Assembly: GCA_050613775.1 (NCBI GenBank)
Contig: JBODTK010000140.1
Span: 310,001-374,000, forward strand
Length of the DNA stretch: 64,000 nt
DNA from: Neocallimastix sp. 'constans'
Taxonomy: Eukaryota
Reading direction: 5' to 3'
In this document: in pieces, positions 20,774-35,583 of the stretch
Layout: each line of letters opens with the position of its first letter
How positions within the stretch are numbered: the first letter of the stretch is position 1
Translations under genes and position numbers: made by a program
The notes under the pieces: model-generated
What the model was told of the DNA's origin: nothing
What the model saw: only the letters and a program-made list of their open reading frames with translations
The model's database searches: none

Positions 20774-23487
20774 TCAATCAACTTCCATAGCAGTTTCGTC
20801 GGTTGTCTTAGTATCTTCTTCCATTGGAACAGTGGAATCTTCGTTTTCGGCGGCTGGAGCATTAGCATTTTCAGTGTTTCCAGTATTTTCAGCTGGTTTT
20901 TCTTCAGCAGCTGGAGTTTCGGGCTTCTTTTCTTCCTTTGGTGGAGCTGGCTTTGGCTTATTAAGAATTGGATTAATAGTGAATTGCATATTTTCACGTT
21001 CCTTTAAAATATCACTACTTGTTACAACAAGATCTTCCCATTTTTGTTTTTGATTTTGTGCTTCAATGACACTGTTCAACCAATTTAATTTATTAGTTAA
21101 TTCATCTTTAACCTTTTTTATTTCTTCTTCAGTAAGATGATCATATTTACCATCACCAGCAGTAATTTGTTTTTGATATTGATCAACAGAATCTCTTAAA
21201 GCTCTTTCGGCTTGTGGTCTTTCTGATGATTCATGATAACGTAAAGCAATAGGATCACCAATTTTCTTTAATTCATCGAGCTTCTTAACATAAACACTCT
21301 TAGTAGATTCACTACCTTCATCAGTGTAAAGCCATTCTTCCATATCATCTAATTGCTTTAAGAAATTATCCTTAATCTTTGGATCAACATATTCATCATA
21401 GGTATAACTAACCTTACTACGGGTGTCATAAACATATTCTTCAAGAGCATTTTTCTTGTATTCTGTATCAATAACTAATTTATCCTGAGCAGCCATTTGA
21501 CTTTCAGCTTCACGATAAGTATTCATAATACTAGTTGGTAAAGAAGTATTCTTTGAAACAATAGTAAGTGGATGCTTTCTTATAACCTTTTTCATTTTTG
21601 CTTGTTTTTCAGCCTCAGGAGCTTCAGAAGTTTCAGTTTCCATAGCTTCACTATTAACTTTAGTTTCTTCACCCTCCTTTTTTTCTTCACTGTTTTCTTT
21701 TTTGCTTTCTTCCTTCTTTTCTTCCTTCTTTTCTTCTTTAACTTCAACCATAACTTCTTCAAGTAAAGTTGGATCAGTAAATTCAACAAAACCATTTTGA
21801 TTTAATCTGGCAATAACTGTAACATTAACTTTTTCAGCTTCTAAATTTTCAACAGGTTTAATGTTATTAATAGTCCATTCACCAATAGCTGGAGCAATGG
21901 CCTTTGGCATACCACGTTCAACAGATCTATCATAAATGTAATTTCCATTAATTTGACATGAGACACTATTACCATTTGGAATATTAGCTAATGGGCAAGA
22001 AAAAGTACATCTCTTAGCTGATGGAACAGAATTTCCAATGGAAAAAATTTCAACCTTACCCTCTGGAACTGGACCTTCAAAAGCATTACTATCCCAGTTA
22101 ATTTCAATTGGATAATCATTACAGTCTTGAACAGTAAATTCTCTAACTCTAAATACTGGTGAATGAATAGCACACATAAAAGCACAACCACGAGCAACAC
22201 ATTCATCTTGATTTAAAGTAGTAGAAAGTTTACTCTTGCTAACATCATCACTACCACTGAAGAAATCATTAAGAATTTTCTTAACAGATGGAATACGAGT
22301 GGTACCCCCAACAAGTTCAACGGAATCGATATCATCAATAGTTACGTTGGCAACCTTAAGAGCATCTTGAAGTAATGGTTCAAGAGTATCTAAATATGGC
22401 TTAATTAATTCTTCAAATTCATCTCTCTTAACAGTCATACTAACATCACGATCATTCATAATATTTTCAACATTTAAAATAGTTACTGGGTTAGCACTTA
22501 AAATCTTTTTAGTTTTTTCACATTGGGTACGAAGACGGAAAGTTGCTTTTGGATTAGTTAAAACATCCATCTTATACTTTTCTTTAATTTGTTCAGCGCA
22601 ATGTTTAACTAAAGCCATATCAAGATTACGACCTCCAAAATTTGGATTATAAGATGTACCCTTAACAGTAAGCTTACCTTTAATGAAAGAAACAATAGAA
22701 ACTTGAGCATTTGAATGACCAATATCAACAAAAGCAACAATCTTTGGTTTACAGTTTGGTAATGATGGATCAGGAAGATCAGTTTTTGTAATACCATAAC
22801 CAAGTGCAGAAGCAGTTGTATCATTTATAAGTCTAAGAACATTTAACCCAGTAATATCAGCAGCATCAATTAAAGCTCTTCTTTGCTTTTCAGTAAACCA
22901 ACCAGGTACAGAAATAACACAATCTGAAATTGGAATTTTTAATTCAGAAGATGTGATATCTTTAATTTTACCTAAGTACATAGCTACTAATTGGGTAAAT
23001 GTGAATATTTTTTGTTCATATTGATACATAACCTTTACTGCAGCCTCTCCACGATCACCTTCAACAATAGGAGCATTTATAAATGGAGCTTCAATTTGTT
23101 GAACTTCTGGGTCACTAAATTGACGACCAATTAAACGCTTTAATTGTGAAACTGTATTTTTAAAGTTTGAATTTTCTTGAGTCTTAGCACTTTCGCCAAG
23201 GTAACGTTGCTTTGGACCAAAAGAAACTAGTGAACTATTAATTTAAAATATTCATTTATAAAATAATATTTCATAATACAATTTTATTGCATTTAAATTT
23301 AATAAAAACAAAGAGATTAATATTTATTCAATTATTAACTAGTATTATATTTACACATTATTAATTAAAAAAACACTTACGGAGTTTTTCTATTACTGAC
23401 TTCATTACAAACAACATCAATACCTCTGTTTCTAGCTACAGCAATAACAGTATTAAGATTACCAAAATCAATACCAACAACTGACAT
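20774..23487 (-). CDS. SSE1: Hsp110/Sse-family chaperone (Hsp70 nucleotide-exchange factor), ~855 aa. Exons 23487-23381 and 23234-20774
   Basis: [64 protein letters not shown], an acidic insertion, [10 protein letters not shown] and a C-terminal MEVD. Confidence 0.96.
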
Positions 23488-23882
23488 TTTGTATTACTTA
23501 TAAAAGAAAAATTTTATTATCATAATTTAAAATAAAGATAAAAATATAATGTTGTTAACTATTAATATTTTTAAAAATAACTTTCTTTTGTATACAAATA
23601 AATAATATATATATTTATTTCTTATTCTTATTAATATTCAATGATTTAATATTTACTTATTATATAATATATGATAGATTTATTACAAAAATATGCGATA
23701 TATATAAATATATTTATATTATGATATGTCTTTTATTTAATAAAAGAATTTCAACTTTTTACTTAAAAGTTTTAATTTGTCTTGTTATTTTGATTAAAAA
23801 TTTGGATACAATATAATAAATTAAATAATAAATAAATTCTAAAAATTAAAAAAAGATAAATATGTATTTATTTCCCTTCTTT

Positions 23883-23954
<72 letters not shown>

Positions 23955-25659
23955 AAAAAGAAAAAAAATATTGCCTTCTTTTAATTTTAAACAATGAATA
24001 ATTTCAATTATTTACTACTAATATCTTTCTTATTATATTGTAAGAGAAAAAAGCAGAAATACTAAATTTTATTTTTATTAAAAAATCAAAATAAATAAAT
24101 AACATATATTTTAATTGATTTTCTTAAATATTAAAACAATTCTTTAATTATTTATTATTTATTATCATTTTTAACTAATTAATTAATTAATTATTTATTT
24201 ATTTATTTATTTATATTTTTATTTTCTTTTCACTTTCTAAATAGATTCTATAATTATAAAAAAAAAGACGATTTTATTCTATTGGATTCCAAATAATAAA
24301 TAATTAAATAATATATAAATCAGTAACCAAAAAGAAAAAAAGTAGCTATGAATATAAAAATAAAAATAAAATTATTTTATTCTTAATATATTTATTTACT
24401 TATTTATTTATTTATTTACTAATTCATTTATTCTTAATTAGTTATTTACTAATTTATATATTATTTATTTTATTTATATTATATTTATAATAATGTTATA
24501 TATTATAATATATTCAACACAATAGAAATAACTGTTTGTTTATTGAATTTATATTAATTTTCATTATTTAATGATTCATTATTAATATATTAATAATTAC
24601 ATTAATGTTTATGATCTAAAATTTAAAAATATTTACAAAATAATAATTATTTCTAAAATTGAATTATTTCTTATACATTCATGATATATAAAATTGAATT
24701 GAATTGAATTGATTAACCTAAATAAAAACTTTAAATTTATTCGAACTTTTTCTTTTGCTTTATAACGATTGGCCATAATCCGCATTAAGTATATGACATC
24801 TTAATAGAAATACAAAGAATATGGTATTGCATATTTTACATTGTACTTATTACTGCAACTGCCAGACAGAATATTTTTAAACTTTTTGGCAAAAAAATTA
24901 AGTAAAAAAGTAAATGATAATAACAAAAATAAAATTTAAGATCTTAGTGTATAGTATGTAACTAAATGTCAAATTATAATTTATTAAATTTAATTTTATT
25001 AAATATTAGTATTATAAAAAATTAATAAAACAATAAACATCCACAACATAAATTTATTTCATTTTACAATTAAATTTAAATTTCAATTATAATTATAATT
25101 ATAATTCATGAAATAAAAAAATAATATAGAATGAACTTTTTATAAAATAATATATTATATATTTAAATTACAATTTAGTATATAATTATTAATAACTATA
25201 AATAATATTTTATATCATGTTATATTTTTAGTATTATGACTGCTATTAAAGTTCAATGATGTTAATTCTTTTCAAAATTTTAACAAATATTTATAAATTT
25301 TTTTCCACTTTGTGTAATTTAAATATATTTCTTCATAATAAATGTTAATGCCTTATAGTAGATTTTTTAATTCCTTTATTTTATTTTATTTTATTTCATA
25401 TGATTTCCTTAAAATATATTTTTATTATTTACTTATTTATCTATTTTATTTATTAATAAATAAATAATAAATAAATAAATAAATAAATAAAAATAAAAAA
25501 AAAAAATTAATATTTTTAATTCAATAAAAGAGTTATCATATATATTATATTTAACACTTCATTTTTAAATTAAAAAATTAATTACGTTATATTTATATTA
25601 ATATTATTAAATATACATAAATTTGATAGATTATATTTTTTTCTGCAATTATTTTTCAG

Positions 25660-26928
25660 TTATACAAATATATTTTCATAATAATAAATTCCTTCAATAG
25701 TTTCATCACGGCAAATAGTTCCTGAGAATTCAGCAATCTAAAATAATAATTTGAAATGTTAAAAAAGTTAAATAAATAATTATAAATAATAATAATATTA
25801 TTATTATTTATTAATATTATTTTTTTATTACTATTTTTATTACTACTATTTTTATTATTAATTTTATTACTATTATTACTTATTACTATTATTATTATTA
25901 TTATTATTATTATCATTATTATCATCATCATTATTATTATTCATTATCATTGTCATCATTTATTATGATTATTATCATTCATTATTATTATTAATAAAAT
26001 AAAATTAAATAAATCTCTTCAAATATAATAAATTTAAATACCTTTAAATATTCATTAACTAAAATTATTGGAATTTTTAACCCTTTAGAAAGCTCAAGAG
26101 AGTTTATTCCTCTTGTATTACTTTTATTATTATTTTTGATATAATTAAAAATTGAATTACAAATTTCACCATCACTTTTGCTACGTATAAATTCATTAAA
26201 GATAATTTTTTATTTTTATTTAAATATATACATATATACAGGTATATAATATAAATAATAATTATAAAGGATATTATCTTCAATAATAACAAGTCCACTC
26301 TGAAATTTTCTTAATTTTAACGGAATATTTAATTTTTCAAACATATTGCATGCCTTATATAAATCTTCTGGTGATACAAGTTCTAAATAAAATTATATAT
26401 AAATTTAAATTTAGATAATTAATATTCTAGAAAATTAATTATTGGTTACAAACGTCTAAATAAATACTCTAAATGATAATTTTAGTATTTTTAGACAAGG
26501 ATTAAACAAAAAAATAATAATAATTGTAATAATTATAATAAATAAATAAATAAATAAATCAAAAAAAATAAAAATAAAAATAAAAATAAAAATAAAATAT
26601 AAAAATAAAAATAAAAATAAAAATAAAAATAAAAATAAAATATAAAAATAAAAATAAAAATAAAATATAAAAATATAATATAAAAATAAAATATAAATAT
26701 AAAAATAAAAATAAAAATAAAAATAAAATATAAAATATAAATAACAAACCAACTCCTCTAGCTCTATTATATAAACAATAAATATCAGGTAATGTCATGA
26801 CATGTCCATTTTTTTCAAAAAGTTTAATAATAAACTTTGATATCTGTTTTGCTAATTCTTGATAATAAATACCACCTGTTGATCGTCTATTATTCAAATT
26901 TTAATTACTATTAATATAAATGTCCTAA

Positions 26929-26960
<32 letters not shown>

Positions 26961-29086
26961 TACTATAATTACCTAGTAACAGGATTTGAAATACCAAGTT
27001 CTTGCAAAATCTCCTTTAATTGATTTTGTTCTTTACTACCTTCCATACTATTATCTTGATTAATTTTTTGACTTATACTTTCTGCAATAGCAACCTAAGT
27101 TATTTTTATGTTATTTTATTTATTTATTTATTATTACTAGTTTAGTTTTTGTTGTATTTTTAACAATTTTTACATTATTAATTTTAAATATAATTTTATA
27201 TGAAACAAATTTACCATTTCTGATGCTTTTTTCATTAAATTATTCAAATCTTTAAATGCTTGATTCATAATTTCATTTGTATTTTTTTGATTATCCTGGA
27301 TATTTCTAATAATACCAGCTTTACAATTAAATATTAATTTATAAAAAAAAAAAAATAATAAATATAATAATAATAAAATTATTTGAATAATTAATTTAAA
27401 GTAATTGTAGAAAAACATATATATTTAACCATATATAAAAATACATACCAACACCAACACGTTGAGCTTTAGGCATTTTATTTTCTTTAGAAATCACCTT
27501 TTATATGTTTATATAATTAGTAATTTTAAAATTTAGTTAATCGTTTATTGTTTTTAATTTAAATAAAAATTTATAAAGCTAAATTCATAAAAATAAAATC
27601 TTAATACTGTTATTGCTATAGCTAGAAACAGTAATCTTAATATAAACAATTTTATTTTTAAAATAACTGTATAAAATGAAAATATAATAATAATAACAAT
27701 AATTATAATAATTATTATAATAATTATTATAATATTTTAATTCTAACCTTCCAATGTTCTTCACTAATAGTTTTACATAATTCATTATAGAATTGAGTTT
27801 GACCAGATTTAAATAATAACTTTATTCTATATGATTCACCTTTTAAATTGCTTAACGATGAAGATTGACTAGAAATTTTAGGTGAAGCTGATGTGACAGG
27901 ACTTACATCGTCATCATCGTCATCATCATCGTTATTATAATCTGATAATGGTGTATTATCTTTTGGTGGTACTGGAGGTATTGAAGAATAATAAGAAGAA
28001 TTATTATTATAAGATAGATTACTCGATGGATTTCTTGCATCAAATCCGGCAGATACAGATAATTGAGATGGAACATCAATAATAGAAGGATAATGGACAA
28101 TTTGTGAGGAATTATAATAATTATCATTAATATTACTACTATCATTTGAAAATAGTAATGCATTATCAATATTATTATCATTTGGGTCAAATGATGAAGC
28201 ACAAAATTTCAATGGCATTGCACAAATTGAACAAACAGTTGATCCAGGTTCATTAGAAAATAAACAAATAGAACAAACAATGGGTTTCGCTTCGGGATGT
28301 AATTTTTGACTATCCAATCTTGACCCACATATTTCACAGTAATTTACATCACCTTCATTAATATAACTACAGGCCTTACATTCAATTTTTATTACTGTCG
28401 GTTTAGTTATTTGATCAACTACTTTAGTAGATGATGTATAAGATAACGTTGATATTTTATCATTATTTGAAGCACCATACAATGAATTATTTCCACTAAT
28501 TTTATTAGATATACAACTTGTATTTATAGCTTTGGAAGAAGAAGTGTCTCTTCGTTTTTTAATTTTAGTTTCAACTTCTTCTGTTGGTTCCTTTTCATTT
28601 ATTTTTGGCACACCACAAAGAACGCAAACAGCATCATTTCCATTATTCAGTTGATTACATATTGGACATTCCCAATCTACTAACAATACATCCGATTTTC
28701 CTAAATTATTATTAATATTATTATTATCCTTTTTTAAAGATTTACGAAAATCAATTTTAATTGTTGATGCTGAAAGAATATTGGTCTATTCAAAATTGAA
28801 ATAAAAAATTGAATAAATAAAAATATATTTCATTATTTTAAAAATGCAATTAATATCAATTTCACATATATCCAGTAAAATTACATTATTTTTATATATT
28901 AATGTAATTTATAATTTATATATGCACAATAAAAGAATTAAATATAAATATATATGTATATGTTCATATAAAAATATGATATAATTAGTTTTTAACTTAA
29001 TTTTATCTTTTTTTTTTTTTTTTTTTTTTTTTATTTATTTGTTTGTTTTGTTTTGCTTTGTTTTGTTTATTAAATTTATAAAATCA

Positions 29087-29117
<31 letters not shown>

Positions 29118-29325
29118 AATGAAAATTAACACTTGTTTCTTTCGAAATAACATCTTCTAAATTAAATGCAAGGGTAACATTTTTTGTTGGATTAGATTTT
29201 AACCATAATAAACGTAAATTGGTTAAATAAATAATTCCACGTTGAAATTTCTGCTTACTATAATAAATAATATTAAAGTTAATTAGTAAATTATTATATT
29301 TCTACATTAAATGAAATATAGATTT

Positions 29326-29379
<54 letters not shown>

Positions 29380-29507
29380 TATTATTATATTCAAATAAAT
29401 AATTACTTTGTTAAAATAGTAACATTATTTTGTCTGCTAACTATCTTTTCATTATTCCGTAAAACGGGATAATTATTTGATGTTAACTCAAAAGTATCAA
29501 ATTCCAT
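25660..29507 (-). CDS. VPS36: ESCRT-II subunit Vps36 (split GLUE domain, NZF zinc fingers, winged-helix C-terminus); multi-exon
   Basis: N-terminus MEFDTFELTSNNYPVLRNNE...FQRGIIYLTNLRLLW; WECPIC zinc finger; AFKDLNNLMKKASEMV; LGISNPVT; YYQELAKQI; DIYCLYNRARGV; VSPEDLYKAC; C-terminus ICRDETIEGIYYYENIFV*. Confidence 0.93.
26545..26740. repeat. Intronic (TAAAAA)n hexamer repeat in VPS36
   Basis: Read directly from the sequence. Confidence 0.9.
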
Positions 29508-29728
29508 TATATATAAAACATACTAAATAATTAGTTTTATATTTATTTTATATTTATTTTATATTTATTTTACAATTTTAATTAAAAAAAAATTATAAAA
29601 TTGTTTCTTTTTTTTTTTTAAAATTATAGAATAAGTAATTTTAATTAAAAATTAATATTAAAAATATTTCAAAAATAATTCGTTAATTTTAATCTAATCC
29701 TTTAATTTAATTATCAAATATAAAAAAT

Positions 29729-30760
29729 GAATCTAGTGTATTTGTGATATGGCGAATTTAGAATGTGGTTTAAATAAATAATAAATATTCGTTTTTTTTT
29801 ATATATAATTTATTAATATTTAATTGTAAAAATAATTTTTTTATGATTCTTTTTTAATAGAATATGTTATTATTTCTTTTGAAATAGTTATTTAATAATA
29901 TTTAATTGAAAAATATATTATTATTTATTCCTTTTGAAATAATAATTATTATATTTATTATTGTATGGAATATATTAAAAATGTATAGCTTATTTTATAA
30001 ATTACACGTTACAAAATGATCTTAAAAAAATATATATATTAACTTCTATAGAATCTAGTGCGTTTAGTGATAGTGCATTTTGAAACGTGGCGTATTTTCA
30101 TATATGGCTTGATTTATAATAGTTAAATAAATAATAATTGAATAAATAATAAATTTTCTTTTTTTTTTATATATAATTAAATAATATTCAATTGTAAAAA
30201 TAATTTTATAAAAAAAGAGTTTACTCCATTTGGCGAAATGCAATTTGGGGAAATGAAACTCCCTCTCGTTTCACAATCGTACATTTCAAAATGTGGCTTT
30301 CTTTATATATGGCTTACTTTTAATAATCAAATAAATAATAATTAAATAAATAATTAAATAAATAATAAATATAATTTTTATATATATATAATTTATTAAT
30401 ATTCAATTGTAAAAATAATTTTTTATAATTCTTTTTTTAATAAAATATATTATTATATCTTTAGAAATAGTTATTTAATGATATTTAATTGAAAAATAAA
30501 TTATGATCGGGAGAGTTGCATTTCGACAGTGGCGCAGTAATAAAAAGTTGTATTTCGCTAAGGTTCATTCCCAAGTCGCATTTCGCCAGATTGCATTTCG
30601 ACAAGTGGAGTATTGATATAAATAAATGAATAAATAAATATTCAAAATAATTTTCTTTAAAATTGTTTTTATTCAATATTAATAATATTAATTAATTATT
30701 TATTTATTTAATAATTTTCAACTTGGCGAAATGCCCCACTCCCGCGAAACGCACTAGATT

Positions 30761-30761
<1 letters not shown>
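29729..30761. mobile_element. Non-autonomous TIR DNA element (MITE/foldback-like) with a duplicated left end
   Basis: GAATCTAGTGCGTTT (30051-30065) is the exact inverse of AAACGCACTAGATTC (30747-30761). A degenerate third copy lies at 29729-29743. Multiple GGCGAAATGC/GCATTTCG subterminal motifs occur in both orientations. No ORF. Confidence 0.75.
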
Positions 30762-30801
<40 letters not shown>

Positions 30802-31176
30802 TTTAATCTAATCCTTGACAAAAATTCTTTTTTTATAATAAAACTCTTGATATGTAAAAATTTTTTTTTTTCTCAATTATATACTCATAATTTATTACTT
30901 AAATAAATAAAGTTATATACTAAATTTTTAACTTAATAAATGAATTTTAAAATTAAATTAAATTTGAGGTATATTGAATAAATATGTAGAATTTTATATT
31001 TATAATACTATTATTATCATAATATTATAAAATTATTATTTATTTATAATTAAAATCTACTTGAAATATTATTTTTTTTCATTTATAATTCAAATATTTC
31101 TATAATTAATATATAAATTTGTATAAATTGAATTTAATTATTATGGTCATTTCCATCATTATATCTTTGTTAATTT

Positions 31177-32982
31177 TTAAAATATATCATCTTTTGAATC
31201 ACGTTCATTCATTTGTTTTATTTTATTTTTACGTTTTAATTCTTTCTCGGTCCTTTCCATTTCAACTTTCTTTTGGTAACTATTATTTAAGTAATTTTAT
31301 AATATTTATATATATATATATATATTTCTAAATAAATAGATAAAGAAGAATAAAATCTTAATACAATATTAATAACTTATTATTACAGTAATGATTTTGG
31401 ATTAAAAATAGGATCTTGACAACCTAGACGTTTTCTTTCAATAATTGCAGCTTTTGATTTTTCGATTTTGATATATTGTATTATATCTGTTTCAATATCA
31501 TTTAAACGTTTACGAAAATTTTCTGCTCTATCATTACTTTGATCTTTTACTAGATTTTGAATATAACTATTATTTAAAATTATATTAAGATTAAGATTAA
31601 AATTATTATTTTATTAATATATTAAATATAATTTAATATATATATTCAATATAATAGATTTATATCATTTAAATTATTGATATTATGCCATAAAATTTAG
31701 AAAATATGAAATAATCAAAATTTATTAATAAATATATATTATAATTTCGATATAGTTACATATAAGTAATATATAATAAAACCTTTTTATTAATTTATTT
31801 ATTTATATATAGTTGTATATATATACCCATCAAGGTCTTCAGTAAAGCCAGTATTTCTTGATGCTACCATTAAGCATGCTAAAGCAATTTGCGACGGCCA
31901 ATATAAAAATATCAAATCACCATAGAGTGAAATTAAAGCATAATCATGTGAACTTTTATATGTTTGTTGGAGTTTACGCTGATAATTATTTTCTAAGCTT
32001 ACAGTGTCTTTATTTGGACCATTTAAATAGGCCTAAAATATTTTTGAAATAATATTTATTTAATAATAATTTAATATTATATTATATTATATGATATGAT
32101 ATGATATGATATAAATATTATATTTTATTTATTGAATTTTTTTTAATAGTATTTATTTTGTATAAATACTTGTATATCTAAATAAAATCCATGCAATGCC
32201 CAAAATGGTGAATGTATTTGATATTCAAATCGTATATTTTGAGATACAATCAATTCTAGTTCTTTAATAGTTTCCGATGGAGGGCTTTTTGGAACTTTTT
32301 TTAGAAGTTCATCTAAAGGGATATATGAATTTTCTGATTTACATGCTAAAAATAGACATGTAAGCCTAAATAATAATTATTTATAAATAATTTTTTATTT
32401 AATAGATTTTACATTAGGGTAATAAAATTTTTACTTTACATTTTCATGTTAATTTAATTTTTGATATTTGAATTACTATTATTATATGATTATTATTTAT
32501 AACAATTTGAACATATACAATATATTCTTTGGAGCATATTGCATCATTGAACAGTATAAATAAAATCTTTTAAAATATACAATTGAAGTTGCCTATTATA
32601 TATATATATAATTTTTAGAAGAAAATTTCATTTATATATATATATATAAAGACGAATATTTAAAATTTAATTTTATCAATAAAATATTTTTACTTATATA
32701 TTTTTTATTTTTGTTGATATCATATATTTAATTTAATTATTTTAGAATTAATTTTTTACCAACACATTTATACTAAATTTGAAAACCCTACAATAATCAA
32801 AAAATTTTGTTTCATAAAAAAGAGCAAGTTTTTTTTGATCATCTGCTGTAATAAAATTTATTGGTTTCAAAGGTTCAATATTACTATTAACTTGCTTTTG
32901 ATATTCCTGTACATTTATATTATATAAGATGTATTTTTATATTATTATCTTTTTTATTCATATATATAAATATATATACATT

Positions 32983-33027
<45 letters not shown>

Positions 33028-33356
33028 TACATAAATATAATTAATTTATATAACATTTGAATTTTGAAATATAGTTATACCCATTCTTTCTTTATATTTT
33101 CACCAACTTCTGCTACTGCTTCATTGTTAACTTCTTCTCTTATTTCATTAAGTTCTTTTTTAGTAAAAATCCAATGTCGAAATTGACTAGTTTGTTCATA
33201 CAAATTAGCTAAGTGGAAATTTTCATATACATTTTTTGTTGGTTTCTCTTTTGGAAAAGGATTATTAATATTTTCTTTAATTTCTTTTTGAAAATCATGA
33301 TTTTTATTACATCGATTTATAGATATATTTGAAGGAATTACAATTGAAGATTCCAT
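31177..33356 (-). CDS. CCL1: Cyclin H (TFIIH/CAK cyclin, Ccl1/Mcs2 family); multi-exon
   Basis: LYEQTSQFRHWIF, ATSIVYFKRFYL, LTCLFLACKSEN, IHSPFWALHGFYLDIQ, FLYWPSQIALAC; ends DSKDDIF*. Confidence 0.93.
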
Positions 33357-35118
33357 TTTTATATTTATTATTTTCTTTCTATATTAATAATATAATTTAA
33401 TAAATTTAAATACTTTAGCTTTATTCTTATTTCTAAAGATATTTGTATTTTTGATTTTATTTTATCATAACACTAAATTAAAAAAAAAAATATTAAATTA
33501 TAATCATTTTTCATTAAGGAAATTAGTTTTAATATTTCTATTACATATATATTATTAATTATTAAATACATTTATTTAAAAAAATTAATAAATTTATTAA
33601 CATAATTTTAATTACAAATTAACCAATTTAATATTGAATATTAAAATATTAAATATTAATTAAAAATTATATTTATTTTATAACAAATAAAATTATTTAA
33701 TAAGTAAAATTGGATGATACAGTAATTTCAATTTATAAAATTTATAACCAATTAGGAACAAATATAAAAATAGATACATTTTTTATTTCTTTATTTTTTT
33801 TTTATTTTTATTTTTTATAATCTCAATTTAAAATTTTAATTTGATTTTAAAATTTAAAATTTTTATACTTACAAAGAATACAAATGAGAAAATGTAGAAT
33901 TTGAATTTCTCAAGCATATTTTAAAACATTATAAATGAATTTCATCTATATTGCCAAATATTATAAATACTTTTCTTTCTTTAACTATATATGTTTAAAA
34001 TTATAAATTTTATCAAAATATAAATAAGAATTTTAAATTAATTTAACCAACAGACTGAAAGAACATATTTAAAAGAAATTAACAAGACATTTAAAAGTTT
34101 GTCAATTTCGGTTAAAAATTTTGAAATGGGAAATTTAAATGAATTTTCAATATAAATGGTAAACTTCCTGATATTCAGGTAGCGAGTTTAGGTGAAGGAT
34201 ATGAAGTTAACACTGATATTAACTGAAGAACTGTGAATTACTATTTTTTTTACTAGAAAAAGTATTTGTAAATGTATAGCTTTTAAATATATATATAAAC
34301 ATAAACATAACCTAATTGTTATTTTAGAATATTAATGTAAACTTACAATATATATTAAAATATAATTATATAATTTTTTAAATAAATAAAATTAATTGAT
34401 TTAATAAAAAAAAGGTACAATTTCTTTTTTTTTTTTATATAAGAAATAGTAAATACACCAAATGAGACATCTCTAGGAATATTTATAAACATAAAGATAT
34501 TATTTAAATGTGTCTATTGATGTAATGTAAGTTTGAAAATAGCTATTTTTTTTTTTTTTTTTTGCTATTGTTTCAACAGGTTATATCGAATCTAATTTAA
34601 ATTTAAAATAAAAATTGTTCTATTTTTTTGTATATTTATTGTTAGTAGTAAATAATATTATTATTGATTCATATAAAAGTATAACTTTAAAATTATTTTT
34701 AGTTAGAAAAAGTTGAAAATATATTGAATTTAGAATAACTCAAGGAACGGGAAAAGGCAATAACGATTGAAATATATATATATATATGAATATCTGGATA
34801 TCTTTTAGAGTTATTTTAATTATTTAATTCCAATTCTTTTTTTTGTAATACCGGTAAAATATTATTGTAAAAAGAAAAAAATATTGAAATCATTGTTCAT
34901 CATAAAAAATGGATTAACGGAAAAAAGATGAGGGCCTTCTCTTATTAGTAATAAAAGGAAGTTTTTTTTTATCTAGGAAGAAATAATGGAAAATAATTCT
35001 ACTGATATTGGATTTATTGGTAAAAATGACTGTTTTGGAGGTATTTTACGTAAACACTTAATTTCATGAAAGAAATGATAGATAAATTTTATTTAATTTA
35101 GTGAAATAATTATTTATC

Positions 35119-35152
<34 letters not shown>

Positions 35153-35540
35153 CTAATAACAAATTTGTTACTTTATTTTGTTATTATTATAATTATTATT
35201 TTTAATATATATATTATATAAATATAAATGACTTGAAATTTTATAGAAATAATATTTATACTTCTATATTTAAGGTGATTTTAATGATTGCAAATGTTTG
35301 ATTGGTAATTATATATAGAATTAATATATTTAATCTTTTTTTTAATGAATAATTAATACTAATGTATTTTATGTATGAATAATAATGAATATTGCTTTGA
35401 AATTCGAAATTTTAATGAATATTATAATTTTTATTATAGAAATTATTATTGTTTATAATAAAAATAGTTATTTTTGAAATTATTAATAATTAATCCTTTA
35501 ATATTTTAAAAAATACTGAAGTAATTATGAAAGAATTAAT

Positions 35541-35583
<43 letters not shown>

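Noticed and set aside
20626..22824. Short overlapping ORFs within the Hsp110 gene
   Set aside because: Shadow frames of a codon-biased gene.
23500..24900. Heat-shock elements upstream of the Hsp110 gene
   Set aside because: Only partial nGAAn/nTTCn matches, expected by chance at this AT content. A CCAAT-like GATTGG near 24767 is not enough.
34050..34240. GC-richer intergenic patch with a short open frame (NGKLPDIQVASLGEGYEV)
   Set aside because: No start codon, splice context or recognisable homology.
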